64,000 nucleotides of DNA from Dehalococcoidia bacterium (GTDB lineage: Bacteria > Chloroflexota > Dehalococcoidia > UBA6926), in assembly GCA_963666115.2 (NCBI GenBank), contig CAXXET010000007.1, forward strand, positions 256,595 through 320,594, in the 5' to 3' direction. Positions 43,601-55,600 of this stretch are shown piece by piece. A program made the translations under genes and the position numbers. Under the pieces are notes generated by a model that was not told the DNA's origin, ran no database searches, and saw only the letters and a list, made by a program, of their open reading frames with translations. Positions within the stretch are counted from its first letter, which is position 1, and the number at the start of each line of letters is the position of its first letter.

Positions 43601-46600
43601 GGAACTCTCCCGTATACGCCGTGCTGCCGCCCCCGATGGGATTCCACCCCAGCCCGCCGTTCCAGATGATGGCGTCCTCATTGGAGTCCTTCGTGTTGTC
43701 ATTGTCCAGGTCAACGTAGTCGTTCGTATCGACGTCGCCGTCGTCGTCCGTGTCAAAGTCAAGGTTCGCGGTCAACTCATAGCCGTCGCACGTCGGATTG
43801 CCCGTGGTGTTGCTCGCGATCGACACGGCGGACTCATGGCATCCCATGTTGTCCTCCGCGCTCGGGAACGCGGCTGCGTATTGCGTGCTGTAGTCGTACT
43901 CGCCCGTGTCCGTATAGTCCCCGTCATTGTTGGAGTCATACTTGTCCGCCGCCCCGTCCCCGTCCAGGTCATAGCGAATCGCGTTCAGCTTCAGCAGGCT
44001 GTCAATCTCGATCAGCCCGTCGTTGTCCGTGTCATAATCGCCCGTCCCTGAACTCGACTTCGTCGTCGCGCTCACCACGTCCGACGCCGGCGAATCCAGT
44101 TCGCCCGTCTTCGTGGCGATCACACGCACGTAGTACTTCGTGTTGGCCGTCAGGGCAGGGGTCCTGTAGTTCGTCGTGCTGCCGCTGTCCACCGTCCCCG
44201 TCGTGGATGAGCCGAACGCGCTGTCATCGTCGTACTCCACCTTGTACCCCGTCGCGCCCGTCACCGGTGCCCAGTCCGCCCGTATCTTCGTGCCGTCAAC
44301 CGACAGCCTGACGCCCGTCGCCTTGGACACGTTGTCATCGTCGTTAATGGTGATGGTTTCGGCGGAGGTGGGCACGAAAATGGCGGCGATGTATGGAGAA
44401 TCCGTACTCGTGGCGCTCAGGGACACGTTGCGCGAATCCGGGGTTGTCTGATCCACAGAGTCGTCAACCGCAGTGAGCGTTGTGGTTCCGGGGGTGGTGG
44501 TCCCGGCGGACAGGGTAATAGTCGTGCTGGTGAGGGTGTGGGTGGCGTTGTTGCCGGTGACGGGTGTGGGCAGCGTGACCGTCACGTCGTCCTCCCACGC
44601 CCCGCTCAACGTCGCCGTGATCGTGGACGTGTTCACGCGGCTCAGCCCCGTGTCCGCGCGCTCCCAGATTGTCACAGCCGACACCGTCATCGAAACCGTC
44701 GCCCGCTGCTTGCTCACCGTCAGGCCCGTGAAGTCCAAAACCGGGTACTGCGACGCCGTCCCAAAGTCCCACGGGTCATCGTTCCCCGATGCCCCGTCCA
44801 CGTTCACGTCCCAGCTCGCGTAGATGCCCGTCTCCGACGTCGGCGTCTGCAGCGCGGACGTCGTCTTCCCCTCCGGCGCGTCCGTGCCCGCGTCGTCCGC
44901 GATGCCGGACGTCGTCGTGTCCCAATAGCTGTTCGTGACGGTTCCGCTGCCGCTTCCGGTGAAACCGCCCGTGTTGCCCGTGCCGCCTGTCCCCGTCGTC
45001 GCGGTCGCCGCGCCGATTGAGTAGCTCGCCGTGATCGTCGCGCCCGATGCGTTCTCACCCGCCAGCCCGCCGGTGTCCGTGTTCAGTCCTGTCGCCCCGA
45101 CGTCGCCTGTTGCGTACGACGCCGTGATCGTTCCCTTGTTAACGGCAGCCAGCCCGCCCGCGTGCGAATCGTTGTCCGCGTTGCCCGTCGTGTCCGTCCC
45201 CCGGTCCGCCGTCACTGCCCCCGTCGCGTAGCTCGCCGCGATCGTGTCGCTCGTGTCGTTAAGTCCAACCAGCCCGCCCGCGTAGCCCTCGTTCGAGTCG
45301 TGCGACGAGGCCGTCACCGTGGCCCGCGAATACGCCGCGCGAATTGTCCCGTCGTTCCAGCCGACCAAACCGCCCGAGTAGGCCTTCTTGTCCGTTCCCG
45401 TGCCCGTCCGCTTGGCCGTCACCTCGCCGAGCGACCACGACACCGTAATCGTGCCGCTGTTCTTGCCCGCCAGCGCCCCCGCGTACACCGAGTCCCCGGA
45501 CGTGCTGCCCGTCACGTCCACGCCCGTCAGCGCCACGTGCTTGATCTCCGCCCCGCTCCCGATCACCCCGAACAGCCCCGCGTACGACGTGCCGGACGTG
45601 GACGACAGGTTGATGGTGAGGCCGCTGATCGTGTACGGCCCGCCGTCCTTCTCCCCGTTCGGGTCCGTGTTGTCCGTTGTGGACGTGTCGTTGTTGCCGT
45701 CGAAGTCGCCTGTGTACCCCGTCGTGCCGTCTCCAATCGGCACCCACCCCGCGCCGGTGTTGTACGGCGACGTGTTCAAGTCCAGGTTCGCGGACAACTC
45801 GTAGCCCGTGCATGCCGGGTTCCCCGTGTTGTTGCTGGAGATGGTGAATACGGACTCGTTGCATCCCATGTTCGCTTCCGCGCTCGGGAACGCCGTGTCA
45901 TACGCCGTCTGGTTCGAGGCGTCGTCGACCACGCCGTCGCCGTTTAGGTCATAACGCATCGCGTTCAGTTGCAGGAGCGTGTCGACCTCGATAAGCCCGT
46001 CATTGTCATCGTCATAGTCGCCCGTCCCCGCGACGCTGCTCTTCGGCGTGATGCTCACCACGTCGGACGGCGGCTCGTCCGCCCCCGTCTTCGTCGGCAG
46101 CACGCGGATGTAATACGTCGTGCCGACCGTCGCGCCCGTTATCTTGGCGTTCAGCGTGGAGCCGCCCGTAATCGCCCTCGTCGACGGGCTGGTCCACGCG
46201 GTGTTCGACGTCGTATTCCACTGCAATTCGTAGCCCGTGGCGCTGGTTACCTGGTTCCAGTGAACCTGGATGTTGGCGCCGTCGACGGAGGCCCTCACCC
46301 CCGTCGGCTTCGTCAACTCATCATCGTCCGTGATGGTGATGTTGATGTCCGTCCCCTTGACCGCCCATTTCGTATCCGTCGGGTGCGTGCTCTGGGCGAG
46401 CGAGATCACCCTCGCGTCGGGACTCTCATTCGTGAAGTTGTTCACCGCCGTCAGCGTCGCCGTCCCCGTCGTCGATCCCGCCGCGATCGTGATCGTCGTC
46501 GCGCTCATCGTGTACGCCGCGTTCGTCGGCAGCGTCACCACAACCGCCTCGTTCCACGTGCTGTCGAGCGTTGCCGTCATCGTTGACGTCGTGTCGCGCG

Positions 46601-49600
46601 TGGAGCCGCCGGTCGTGGACTCATAAATCGTCACCGGGTTGACGCTCAGCGTCACCGTCAGCCGTTGATCGTCCGCCGACTGCTCCCCGTATTTCAGCGT
46701 CGGGTACTGGTTCGCCGTGCCGAAGTCCCAGCCATCCTGCGTTCCCGTCGTAACCGAGTCCAGGTCGATGTCCCAGTCCTTATAGATATCCGTGCTCTGC
46801 GTGCCGTATTCGGTCGGCGTCTGCAGATTGGCCGTGGTCTTGGGCGTTCCCGAAGCGCCTGTGGTAATCCCGGAGGTCTGTGAGTCCCAGTAGGAGTCCG
46901 TGCTGACTGTGCCGTTGTTAGTGCCAACCAGCCCGCCCGTGAATTTCGACGAGCCCGCCCCTGCGGTCGTGACCGCGCCGGTGGAGTAGGACGCGGTGAC
47001 ACTGCCGCCGGAGACAATGAACCCGATCAGGCCGCCTGCGGCGTTCGTGCCCGCGTTGGCCGTGGCGCTCACGTCGCCGCGCGCATAGGACGACCGCACT
47101 GCGCCGGTGGCGATCAGGCTGCCCCCAAGGCCGCCCGCGTGAACCAGCGACCCGCTCCCCCCGTTGGTCACGGTTCCGGTCACCGCGCCCGCGCCGTATG
47201 ACGCATCCACCTTGCTGTGGACATAGCCCAGCAGCCCGCCGATGCGCATGCTTGTATTGTTCGTTCCGCCATCCACGTACGCCGTCACAACCGCAGTGGA
47301 GTACGAAGATACGATCTTCGACGCCGACGTGTTGCTCTTGCCGTTCTGGCCCACGAGTCCGCCCACGTTGACGCCCTTGGCGGCGGACAGCGTGATCTTG
47401 TTGGTCGCGTCGTACCCCGCCCGAACCGTGCCCGTCGAATAGCTGTCCTCGATGGCGGAGTCCGCGACGCCCGCCAGCCCGCCCATGTCAATATCCGTCG
47501 CGGACGTGCCCGTGCGCGTGATGTTGACGTTGACGAGCGCGACGTCCTCGATCGTTCCGCCGCTGACCTTGCCGAACAGCCCGAAATACTGGCCGGACGA
47601 CGCGTTGATGAACAGGTTGCTTATCGTGTACGGCCCGCCGTCCTTCTCCCCGTTCACATCCGTGTTGTCGGTCGTCGACGTGTCGTTATTCCCGTCGAAA
47701 TCGCCCGTGTACGCCGTCGTGCCGTCTCCGATGGGAACCCACCCCGCGCCGGTGTTGTACGGCGCGGCATTCAAGTCCAGGCTCGCCCGAAGCTCATACC
47801 CGTCGCACACGGGGTTCCCCGTATTGTTGCCGCTGGCGATGCTGACCACGGACTCGTTGCACCCCATGTTGTCTTCCGCGTTCGGGAATGCGTTGTTGTA
47901 GTTGGTCTGGTCGCCGGACGCGACCTGTCCGTTGCCGTCCAGGTCCCACCGCATCGCGTTCAACTGCGCCCGGTTGGAAATCTCGATCAGCCCGTCGTTG
48001 TCCAGGTCATAATCCACCGTGGCGGGTGTCGCGGCGTGCGTCTTGATATCCACAACGTCGGACGGCGGCTCATCCGCCCCGCTCTTCGTCGGCAGCACCC
48101 GCACGTAGTACCGCGTATTCGCCGTCAGCCCGGTCGTGATGGAGTAGGTGACCGTGCTGCCGTTTGAAATCGTGTGGGAGGACGGGCTGCTCCACGCCGT
48201 TGACGACGTGCTGTTCCACTGCACCGTGTACCCCGTCGCGTTCGGCACCGCCGTCCAATCCACCCGGATCTTCGAGCCGTCAACGGTCAGCTTCACCCCT
48301 GTCGGCTTGGACAACTCATCATCGTCATTGATGGTGACCGTCACGTCCGTCCCCTTGGACGCCCATTTCGTGGCGGCGGGGTGGTCCGCCTGGGCCAGCG
48401 CGACGGGGTTGTGGGCCGCGTCCACCAGGTTGTTCACCGCCGTCAGCGTGGACGTCGCCGTTCCCGCCGTTGCCCCGGCGGCGATGGTGATCGTGGCCGC
48501 GCTCAGCGTGTACGCCGCGTTCGTCGGCAGCGTCACCACCACGTCCTCCGTCCACTCCGTATCCAGCGCCGCGCTCACGGTCGCCGTGTTCACCCGGGGC
48601 GGGGTCGTCAGCGCCCTCTCCCAAATCGTCATTGGCGCAACGCTCAGCGTCACCACGACGCGCTGGTCGCCCGCCGTCAGCGTCCCGTAGTCCAGCGTCG
48701 GGTACTGGTTCGCCGACCCAAAGTCCCACGGGTCATCGTTGCCCGTCGAGCCGTCCAGGTCCAGGTTCCAGTTGCTGGCATAGATGCCGGTTGTGCCGGT
48801 GGGCGACTGGAGTTCGCTGGTCGTCTTGCCCGTGCCGACCTGGTTTGCCTCGGTGGTGGTGATGCCTGAGGTGTCCGTATCCCAGTAGGACGCGGGGGCG
48901 GTGCCGGTGTTCTTGTGGCCCACCAGTCCGCCCGCCCCGCCCGTGATGGTTCCGGTGGTTGCCGTCGCCGTTGCCGCGCCCGTGGAGAATGACCCGGTGA
49001 CCGCGCCGGTTGCCAGGTATCCCACGAGTCCGCCGGCCCTGGCGTTGCCCGTCTTGGAGATGGTCGCGGAGACGGCGCCCCTGGCGTAGCTGGCGCGCAG
49101 GCTTGCGCCCGCTCCGGCGATTGAATGGTCACCCACAAGGCCGCCCGCACTGACGGTGGGCGTGCCGGTGGTCACGACGCTTGCCGTCACCGATCCTGCC
49201 GCGTAGGAGCCGTCCACGGAGCCGCCGGTTCCCTGCGCATAGCCGACCAGTCCGCCGGCGCGGCCCGATACGTTGCTGCTGCCGCCTGCGACGTTGGTCG
49301 TCACGTCGGCGAGCGAGTAGCTGCTGTCGATGCTGCTCGCGTTCAACTCACCCACGAGGCCGCCAACGTAGACATTGACGTTGCCCGTGAGGGTCACGGG
49401 GCTCGAAGCGGACTCGCCGGCGCGCACGCGCCCCGTGACGTAGCTGTCCTCGATGTCCGTGGCCGAGTAAGCCGCCAGCCCGCCCACGTAGACGGACGTG
49501 CTGCTTGCCGTGGACAGGTTCAGCGTCACGTCCACGTCCTCCAGCGCAACGTCCTGGACCTTCCTGCCTGTTGCGCCGTTCAGCTTGCCGAACAACCCAA

Positions 49601-52600
49601 CGTAGTTGCCCGACGTCCGGTTGATGAACAGATTGCTAATGGTGTAGGTCGCCGAGTTCCCATTGAAGTTGCCCGTGTATTCGCCCGTGCCGGCCGTGCC
49701 GCCGATGGGGTCCCAGCCTACGCCGGTGTTATACGGCGCGACATCCAAGTCGAGGCTGGCGCTGAGCTCATAGCCCGTGCAGGAGGGGTTCCCAGTCGTG
49801 TTGCTGGCGATGTTGACGACGGACTCGCTGCATCCCATGTTGGCTTCCGCGTTCGGGAACGCCGTCGCATAGTTGCTGTCGGTCGAACTGCCGTCGCCGT
49901 CCAGGTCATAGCGGATGGCGTTGAGCTGGGCGACGCTGGAAACCTCGATCAGGCCATCGTTGTCGGCGTCGTAATCGACGGTGGCCGGGCTCGTGGCGTG
50001 CGTCTTCGTGCTGACGACGTTGGACGGGGCTGCGTCGATCTCATTGGTCCTGACGGCGATGACGCGAACGTAGTAGGTGGTGTCAGCGGTGAGGGCGGGC
50101 GTGGGATTGATGGTGTAGTTGGAGGTTGTGCCGCCGGGAACATCGACCTTCTGGCCGGACGGGATGCTGTCCCACCCGGAGTTGGCGGTATTCCACTCCA
50201 CCCGGTACCCCGTCGCCCCAGCCCCCGCCGTCCAGTCCGCCCGGATCTTCGTCCCGTCAACCGAAAGCTTCAGCGCCGTCGCCTTCGCCACGTTGTCATC
50301 GTCGCTCACTGTGATCGTCGCGTTGCTGATCGTGAGCGCGACCACGTGCGAATCCACGCTCGTCGTGGACAGCGAGATGCTCCGCGAGTCCGGGCTAGTC
50401 TGGTTCACCGTGTCGTCCACCGCCGTCACCGTCACCGTTCCCGCCGTCGTCGTTCCCGCCGAAATCGTGATCGACGTCGCGCTCAGCGTGAACAGCGTCG
50501 CGTCCGCGGTGGGCAGTGTCACGACGATGTCGTCCTCCCACGCCCCGCTCGGCGTCGCCGTCACGGTGGACGTGATGACCCGGCTCAACCCCGTGTCCAC
50601 GCGCTCCCAGATAGTCGTCGGCGACGCCGTAATCGTCACCGTCACCCGCTGCTTGGCGAGCGTATGGCTCCCAAAGTCCAGGACGGGATACTGCGACGCC
50701 GTGCCGAAGTCCCACGGATCGTCGTTCCCCGGCGCCCCGTCCACGTTCACGTCCCAGTTCGCGTAGATGCCCGTCTCCGACCTCGGCGTCTGGAGATCGG
50801 TCGTGCTCTTGCCCTCCGGCGCGTTCGTATCCGCGTCGTCCGCCTCGCCCGACGTCGTCGTGTCCCAATAGCTGTCGCTGATCGTTCCGCTGTTGCTTCC
50901 CGCGAACCCGCCCTTCGTCGGCGTCCCGCTGCTTTCCGTCGTCGCGCTCAACGCGCCCAGCGAGTAGCTCGCCGTGATCGTCGCCCCGGTCGCGTTCTCC
51001 GCGACCAGCCCGCCGATGTCCGTATTGAGCCCGGTCGCCGACACGTCGCCCGTCGCGTACGCCGCCGTGATCGTTCCCTTGTTGACGGCAACCAGGCCGC
51101 CCGCGTGTGAATCGTTCGCCGCGGCGCCGGTCGTGTCCGTGCCCCGGTTCGCCGTCACCGCCCCCGCCGCGTAGCTCGCCTCGATCGTGTCACTCATGTC
51201 GTTCAGTCCGACGAGTCCCCCGGCGTACCCCTCGTTCGCGTCGTGCGTCGAGGCTGTCACGGCGGCGCGGGAATACGCGGAGCGGATGGCTCCGTCATTC
51301 CACCCGACCAGGCCGCCCGCGTAGGCCGTCTTGTCCGTCCCCGATCCCGTCCGCTTTGCCGTCACCGCGCCGAGCGACCACGACTGCTTGATCGTGCCGC
51401 TGTTCTTGCCCGCCAGCGCCCCGACGTAGACCGCGTCCCCCGTCGTGCTGCCCGTGACGGAGACGCCGGCGAGGGCGACGTTTTCAACCGTTGCGCCGGA
51501 GCCGATCACGCCGAACAGCCCCGCGTACGACGTGCCCGACGTGGACGACAGGTTGATGGTGAGGCCGCTGATGGTGTACGGCCCGCCGTCGCCGGACCCG
51601 TCCGTGTCATTGTTGCCGTCGAAATCGCCCGTGTACGCCGTTGTGCCGTCGCCGATGGGGACCCATCCCGCGCCGGTGTTGTGCGGGGAGACGTTGAGGT
51701 TGAGATTCGCCTTCAGCTCATACCCCGTGCACGCCGGGTTCCCCGTGTTGTTGCTGCTGATCGTCGCGCCCGTCTCGCCGCACCCCATGTTGTCTTCCGC
51801 GTTCTGGAACGCCGTGTCATACGCCGACTGGTTCGCCGAGTCGTCCACCTGCCCGTTGCCGTCCAGGTCATACCGCATCGCGTTCAACTGCGCGACGTTG
51901 GAGACCTCGATCAGCCCGTCGTTGTCCACGTCGTAATCGCCCGTCCCGGCGCTCGCCCGCGTCGTCGTGCTCACCACGTCGGACGGCGGCTCGTCCGCCC
52001 CCGTCTTCGTCGGCAGCACGCGGAAGTAGTAGAGGGTGTTCGTCGCCAGCCCGCTCTCTACCGTGTGCGTCACCGTGCTGCCGCTTGAAATCGCCTTCGA
52101 ACCGGTGAGACTGCCCCAGCCTGCCGTCGTATTCGCGGTTGACCACTGCACCTTGTAGCCGGTGGCATCGGAGACGACGTTCCAGTCCACCTGGACTTTC
52201 GCCCCGTCAACGGAGAGCTTGACGCCCGTCGGCTTGGCGAGTTCGTCATCGTCATTGATCGTGATGCTGATGTCCGTGCCCTTGCTGATCCACTTCGAAT
52301 CCGTCGGGTACGTCGACTGCGCCAGCGATATCGACCTCGCGTCCGGGTCTTCATTGGTGAAGTTGTTGACCGCGTTGAGCGTCGCATCTGCCGACGTCGA
52401 TCCCGCCGGAATCGTGATCGTCGTCGCGCTCGTCGTGTACGCCGCGTTCGTCGGCAGCGTCACCACAACGTCCACGTCCCACGCCGTATCCAGCGTCGCC
52501 GTGATCGTCGTGGACGTGGCGCGCGTGGAGCCGCCCGTGTTCGATTCCCAGATCGTCATCGGGCTGGCGGAGAGCGTCACGACAGCCCGCTGGTCACCGG

Positions 52601-55600
52601 CAGTGTGGCTGCCGTACTGCAGCGTCGGATACTGGTTCGCCGTCCCAAAGTTCCACGGATTGTCGTTGCCCGTCGTGCCGTCGAAATCGAGGTTCCATGC
52701 GGCATAGATGCTGCTGCCCGTGCCGTACTCAGTCGGCGTCTGGAGTTCGCCGGTCGTCTTGCCCGTGCCGACTGCGCTCGTTGACTGGCCGGAGGTCGCC
52801 GTATCCCAGTAGGAGTTGACGGCACTGCCGGCGCTGAGGCCGACCAGTCCGCCAACGCCGCCCTGAGTGGCGGTGCCTGTTGTGGTGGGCGTTCCCGTGG
52901 AGTAGGAGCCGGTGACGGCATCGCTCAAGAGGAATCCCAGCAACCCGCCGGCCATGAGAGGACCGCTGCTGGAATTGGTCGCCGAGACATCGCCGCGGGC
53001 ATAGCTGGCCTTGATCCCGTTCGTGCCGCTGTGGTCTCCAACCAGTCCTCCTGCATAGGCGCCGGGAAGGGACGTGCCGACTGCGCTTGCGACGACATCG
53101 CCAGCCGCATAGCTGGCGGCGACGACATAGTTGTTGTTGGAACTGGTGCCCTGCATCGTGCCAACCAGTCCCCCCGCCTGGACCGTCGGGGAGCTCTGCG
53201 TACTCGTGACGTGGCTCGTCACGTCGGCCAGAGAGTAGCTTGAACTGATAGGCGACGTATTCGCTTCACCGACCAGCCCGCCAATGAAGACATCCTTGCT
53301 GGCAGCGGTGAAGGTGATCGGTTCGGACGCTGATTCCCCGGCCCTGACTCGTCCAGTCGTATAGCTGTCCTCAATCTCCGATCCGCCTCCGATGCGGCCC
53401 GCCAGGCCGCCGACGTAGACGTTGTCGCTTACGGAGCCGTTCAGCGTAACATCCACGTTGTCCAGCGCAACGTCCTCAATGCTCTTGTTGCCGCTGTAGA
53501 TATAGGCGAAGAGTCCGGCGTATCTGCCCGACGAGCGGTCGATGAATAGGTTGCTTATCGTGTACGGCCCGCCGTCGCCGGTGTCCGTGTCCGCGTTGCC
53601 GTCAAATTCGCCGGTGTACTGGCTGCCGCTGACGCCGCCGATGGGGAGCCATCCGTCGCCGGTGTTGTATGGGGAGACGTTGAGGTCGAGGTTCGCGCGG
53701 ATTTCGTAGCCCACGCACCCCGTCAAGGGGCACCCCATCCCCGGTATCGCGTTCAAGAACGCGGCCAGGTAGTTGGTCCGATCCCCGGAGGCCACCGTGC
53801 CGTCAGCGTTGAGGTCCCACCGGATGGCGTTGAGTTCGGCAAGGTCGGTGACTTCGATGTAGCCGTCGTCGTCGGTGTCATGATCATCGCCGACGCCGAC
53901 GTTGACGGTGCTTGACCAGTCTCCTTGCTTGGTGCTGCTGGCCCTGGCGCGGATGCGGACGTTGTACGTATTGGACGCGCTGACGCCCTCGATGTCGTCC
54001 GTCACGGTGGCGATGGCGATGTTGTCCGAGAAGGTCGTCCACGTGCTGGTCGTGCTGATCTTGTACTGGAGGTCGTAGCCGTCCGTCGCGTCCGCGTTGC
54101 GCGTGTTCACCGCGTTCGGCGCGTCCCAACTCACCGTGATGTCATACGTGTTGTCGCCCTGCTTGGCCGCCGTTGCCGTCACGCCCGTCACGTCATGGAT
54201 TTCATCATCCTGGATAGCGATGGTGTCCGACGTGCCAAAGGTGACGGAGTTGGCAGGCGTGACGACGGCATCCGTCAGATCGGCGCTGACGTCCCCGTCC
54301 TTGGCGCTGTTGCCGGTAGCGGTGAACGTGCCGGTGTTGGACGTGTCGCCCTTGGAGATCGTGATGTCATAGGAGTAGCGCGACGAGGACGGACTGACGA
54401 TCCGCACGTCATAATTCCTGGTGTCCGAGCCCATGGAGGCGGTGAGCGTGGTAGTTGAGCCTTCCGCGACGGTTGTGGACGCGGCGGTGATGGTGAGCGT
54501 CACGGGCTGCTGGTCACCCGGCACCGGCGTCGTTCCGCCCTGCGGCGCGAAGCTGAGGACAGGGAACTGGCTGCTCGTCCCAAAGTTCCAGGGGGTGTCG
54601 GTCGTTCCATCGCCGTCGATGTCGGTGTCGTCCCACGTTGAATAGATGCCGGTGCTCCCATAGTCGGTGGGGGTCTTCAGCTCCGTCTCGGTCTTGGTCC
54701 GGGCGCTAGGGTTCGTAATGTTTGAGGAGAAGGTAGTCACCGTGCCGCTGCCGTAAATGGCCGTGAGGGTGGAGCCTGTGCAGTTGACGACGGTCGACGT
54801 GCTGCAGGCCGCGGCGCTGCTAAAGAAGTTGGTGCGGAAGTTGCCGAGGTTCGTGCCTCCGGGATGGCCAACCGCGCCGGTGGCATAGGCGGCGCGGACC
54901 ACGCCGCCGGAGTCCACTTGGCCGACGAGACCGCCGCCTGCGGTGTACCCGAGGGGATCAGTGGTCGTGCCGGCGGTGTTGTTGTTCTCCGAGGCCGTCA
55001 CGCTGCCCCACGCGTACGCCGCTTCGACGGTTCCCCCGACCCTGCCCACCAGCCCGCCAACATACCTGCGCCCCTGGTCGTCCCAGTTGCTGCCGCTCGA
55101 CTTGAAAGTAACGGCGCCGGCGGCGTACGAGGCGATGACCTTGCCGCCGGACTTGACGTAGCCGACCAGCCCGCCCACCGCGTACTCCTGCTTCGTGTTG
55201 GTTGCGGACGCGCCGCCGGTGGCGGTCACCACCGCGTGGGAGCTTGAACCGGAGACCGTTCCGCCGCTCTCCACGATGTTCACCAGCGCCCCGATGCCCT
55301 TGTCGTCGCCGCCGTCCCCAGCGACCGTCACCGTGCCCTCGACGCTGACGCTCGTGACCTTGCCCGACACTGTGTCCGCGAGAATCGCGGATTGAGCCCC
55401 GCTGGTGTGGCCGGTCTTGACGTGAAGCTGCTTGATCTCGCCGGATGACCCGATGGTCTCAAAGAGCGGACGCCTGTCATTGTTGGTGATGGTGTTGTTG
55501 TTGCCGTGGAAAGTCGCAGTAAAGGTGCCGGGAACCAGGTAGTTCGTCCCCGCGTTCGTCGGACTCGCCGTAATCGTCAGATCAGAGTTGATCTCATAGC